From NCBI GenBank assembly GCA_051294905.1, contig CM119372.1:4776001-4840000 (forward strand): a DNA stretch of 64,000 bases, given 5' to 3'. Origin of the DNA: Botryllus schlosseri (lineage: Eukaryota). Positions 63,719 through 64,000 of the stretch are shown here, one piece after another. The notes beneath the pieces were generated by a model. The model saw nothing but the letters and a program-made list of their open reading frames with translations. It made no database searches and was not told the DNA's origin. A program made the position numbers and the translations under genes. The first letter of the stretch is position 1. The number at the start of each line of letters is the position of its first letter.

Positions 63719-64000
63719 AGTGTAACCCAATCCTGGTTTCGGGCATACTCCTGATCAGCAGGCTATTGATCATGTCAGTGCCAAAGTCAAATTAAATCAA
63801 CGTTAGACTTACCTTCAAACATTAGAACAGATGAATAACAACATACATTTAAAATTAATGTGTCATTGTAAAGATATGTCCAATCGCCTACAATCCTTGG
63901 TGTTATTACAGCTGTCGAGCGTACCACTTTGTTACTCCACTTTCAATTGACACTAATAACATTGGTAGATAGACGCAAGATGTAAATAATTATGGATCAA

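Overview
Eukaryotic (metazoan) DNA, most likely an ascidian tunicate, inferred from the Hox10 homeodomain. It is AT-rich and dense in transposons. Three intron-containing genes were reconstructed by eye, with consistent splice phases. (1) Minus strand: a 9-exon Prune DHH/DHHA2 phosphoesterase (23840->17961, ~385 aa) with intact catalytic motifs. (2) Minus strand, starting only ~540 bp after the Prune stop: a ~3,731-aa protein made of one 10.2-kb acidic exon plus 7 small exons encoding a BNIP-2/BCH (CRAL-TRIO-like) domain (17418->1386). Together genes 1 and 2 look like a 'split PRUNE2/BMCC1', possibly an SL-trans-spliced operon. (3) Plus strand: a two-coding-exon posterior Hox gene, Hox10 (47172-53130), with no other Hox gene in the window and a strong miR-10 site downstream of its stop. 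The rest is mostly hAT-like MITEs with 8-bp TSDs (often nested), P-like foldback elements, tRNA-derived SINEs and a LINE 3' end. The most striking non-coding signal is a dispersed ~149-bp repeat carrying a minimal type-I hammerhead ribozyme. It occurs in tandem and inverted arrays, as expected for a Penelope-type non-autonomous element or retrozyme. Two further distinct hammerhead variants are also present. All calls are by eye, with no database searches.
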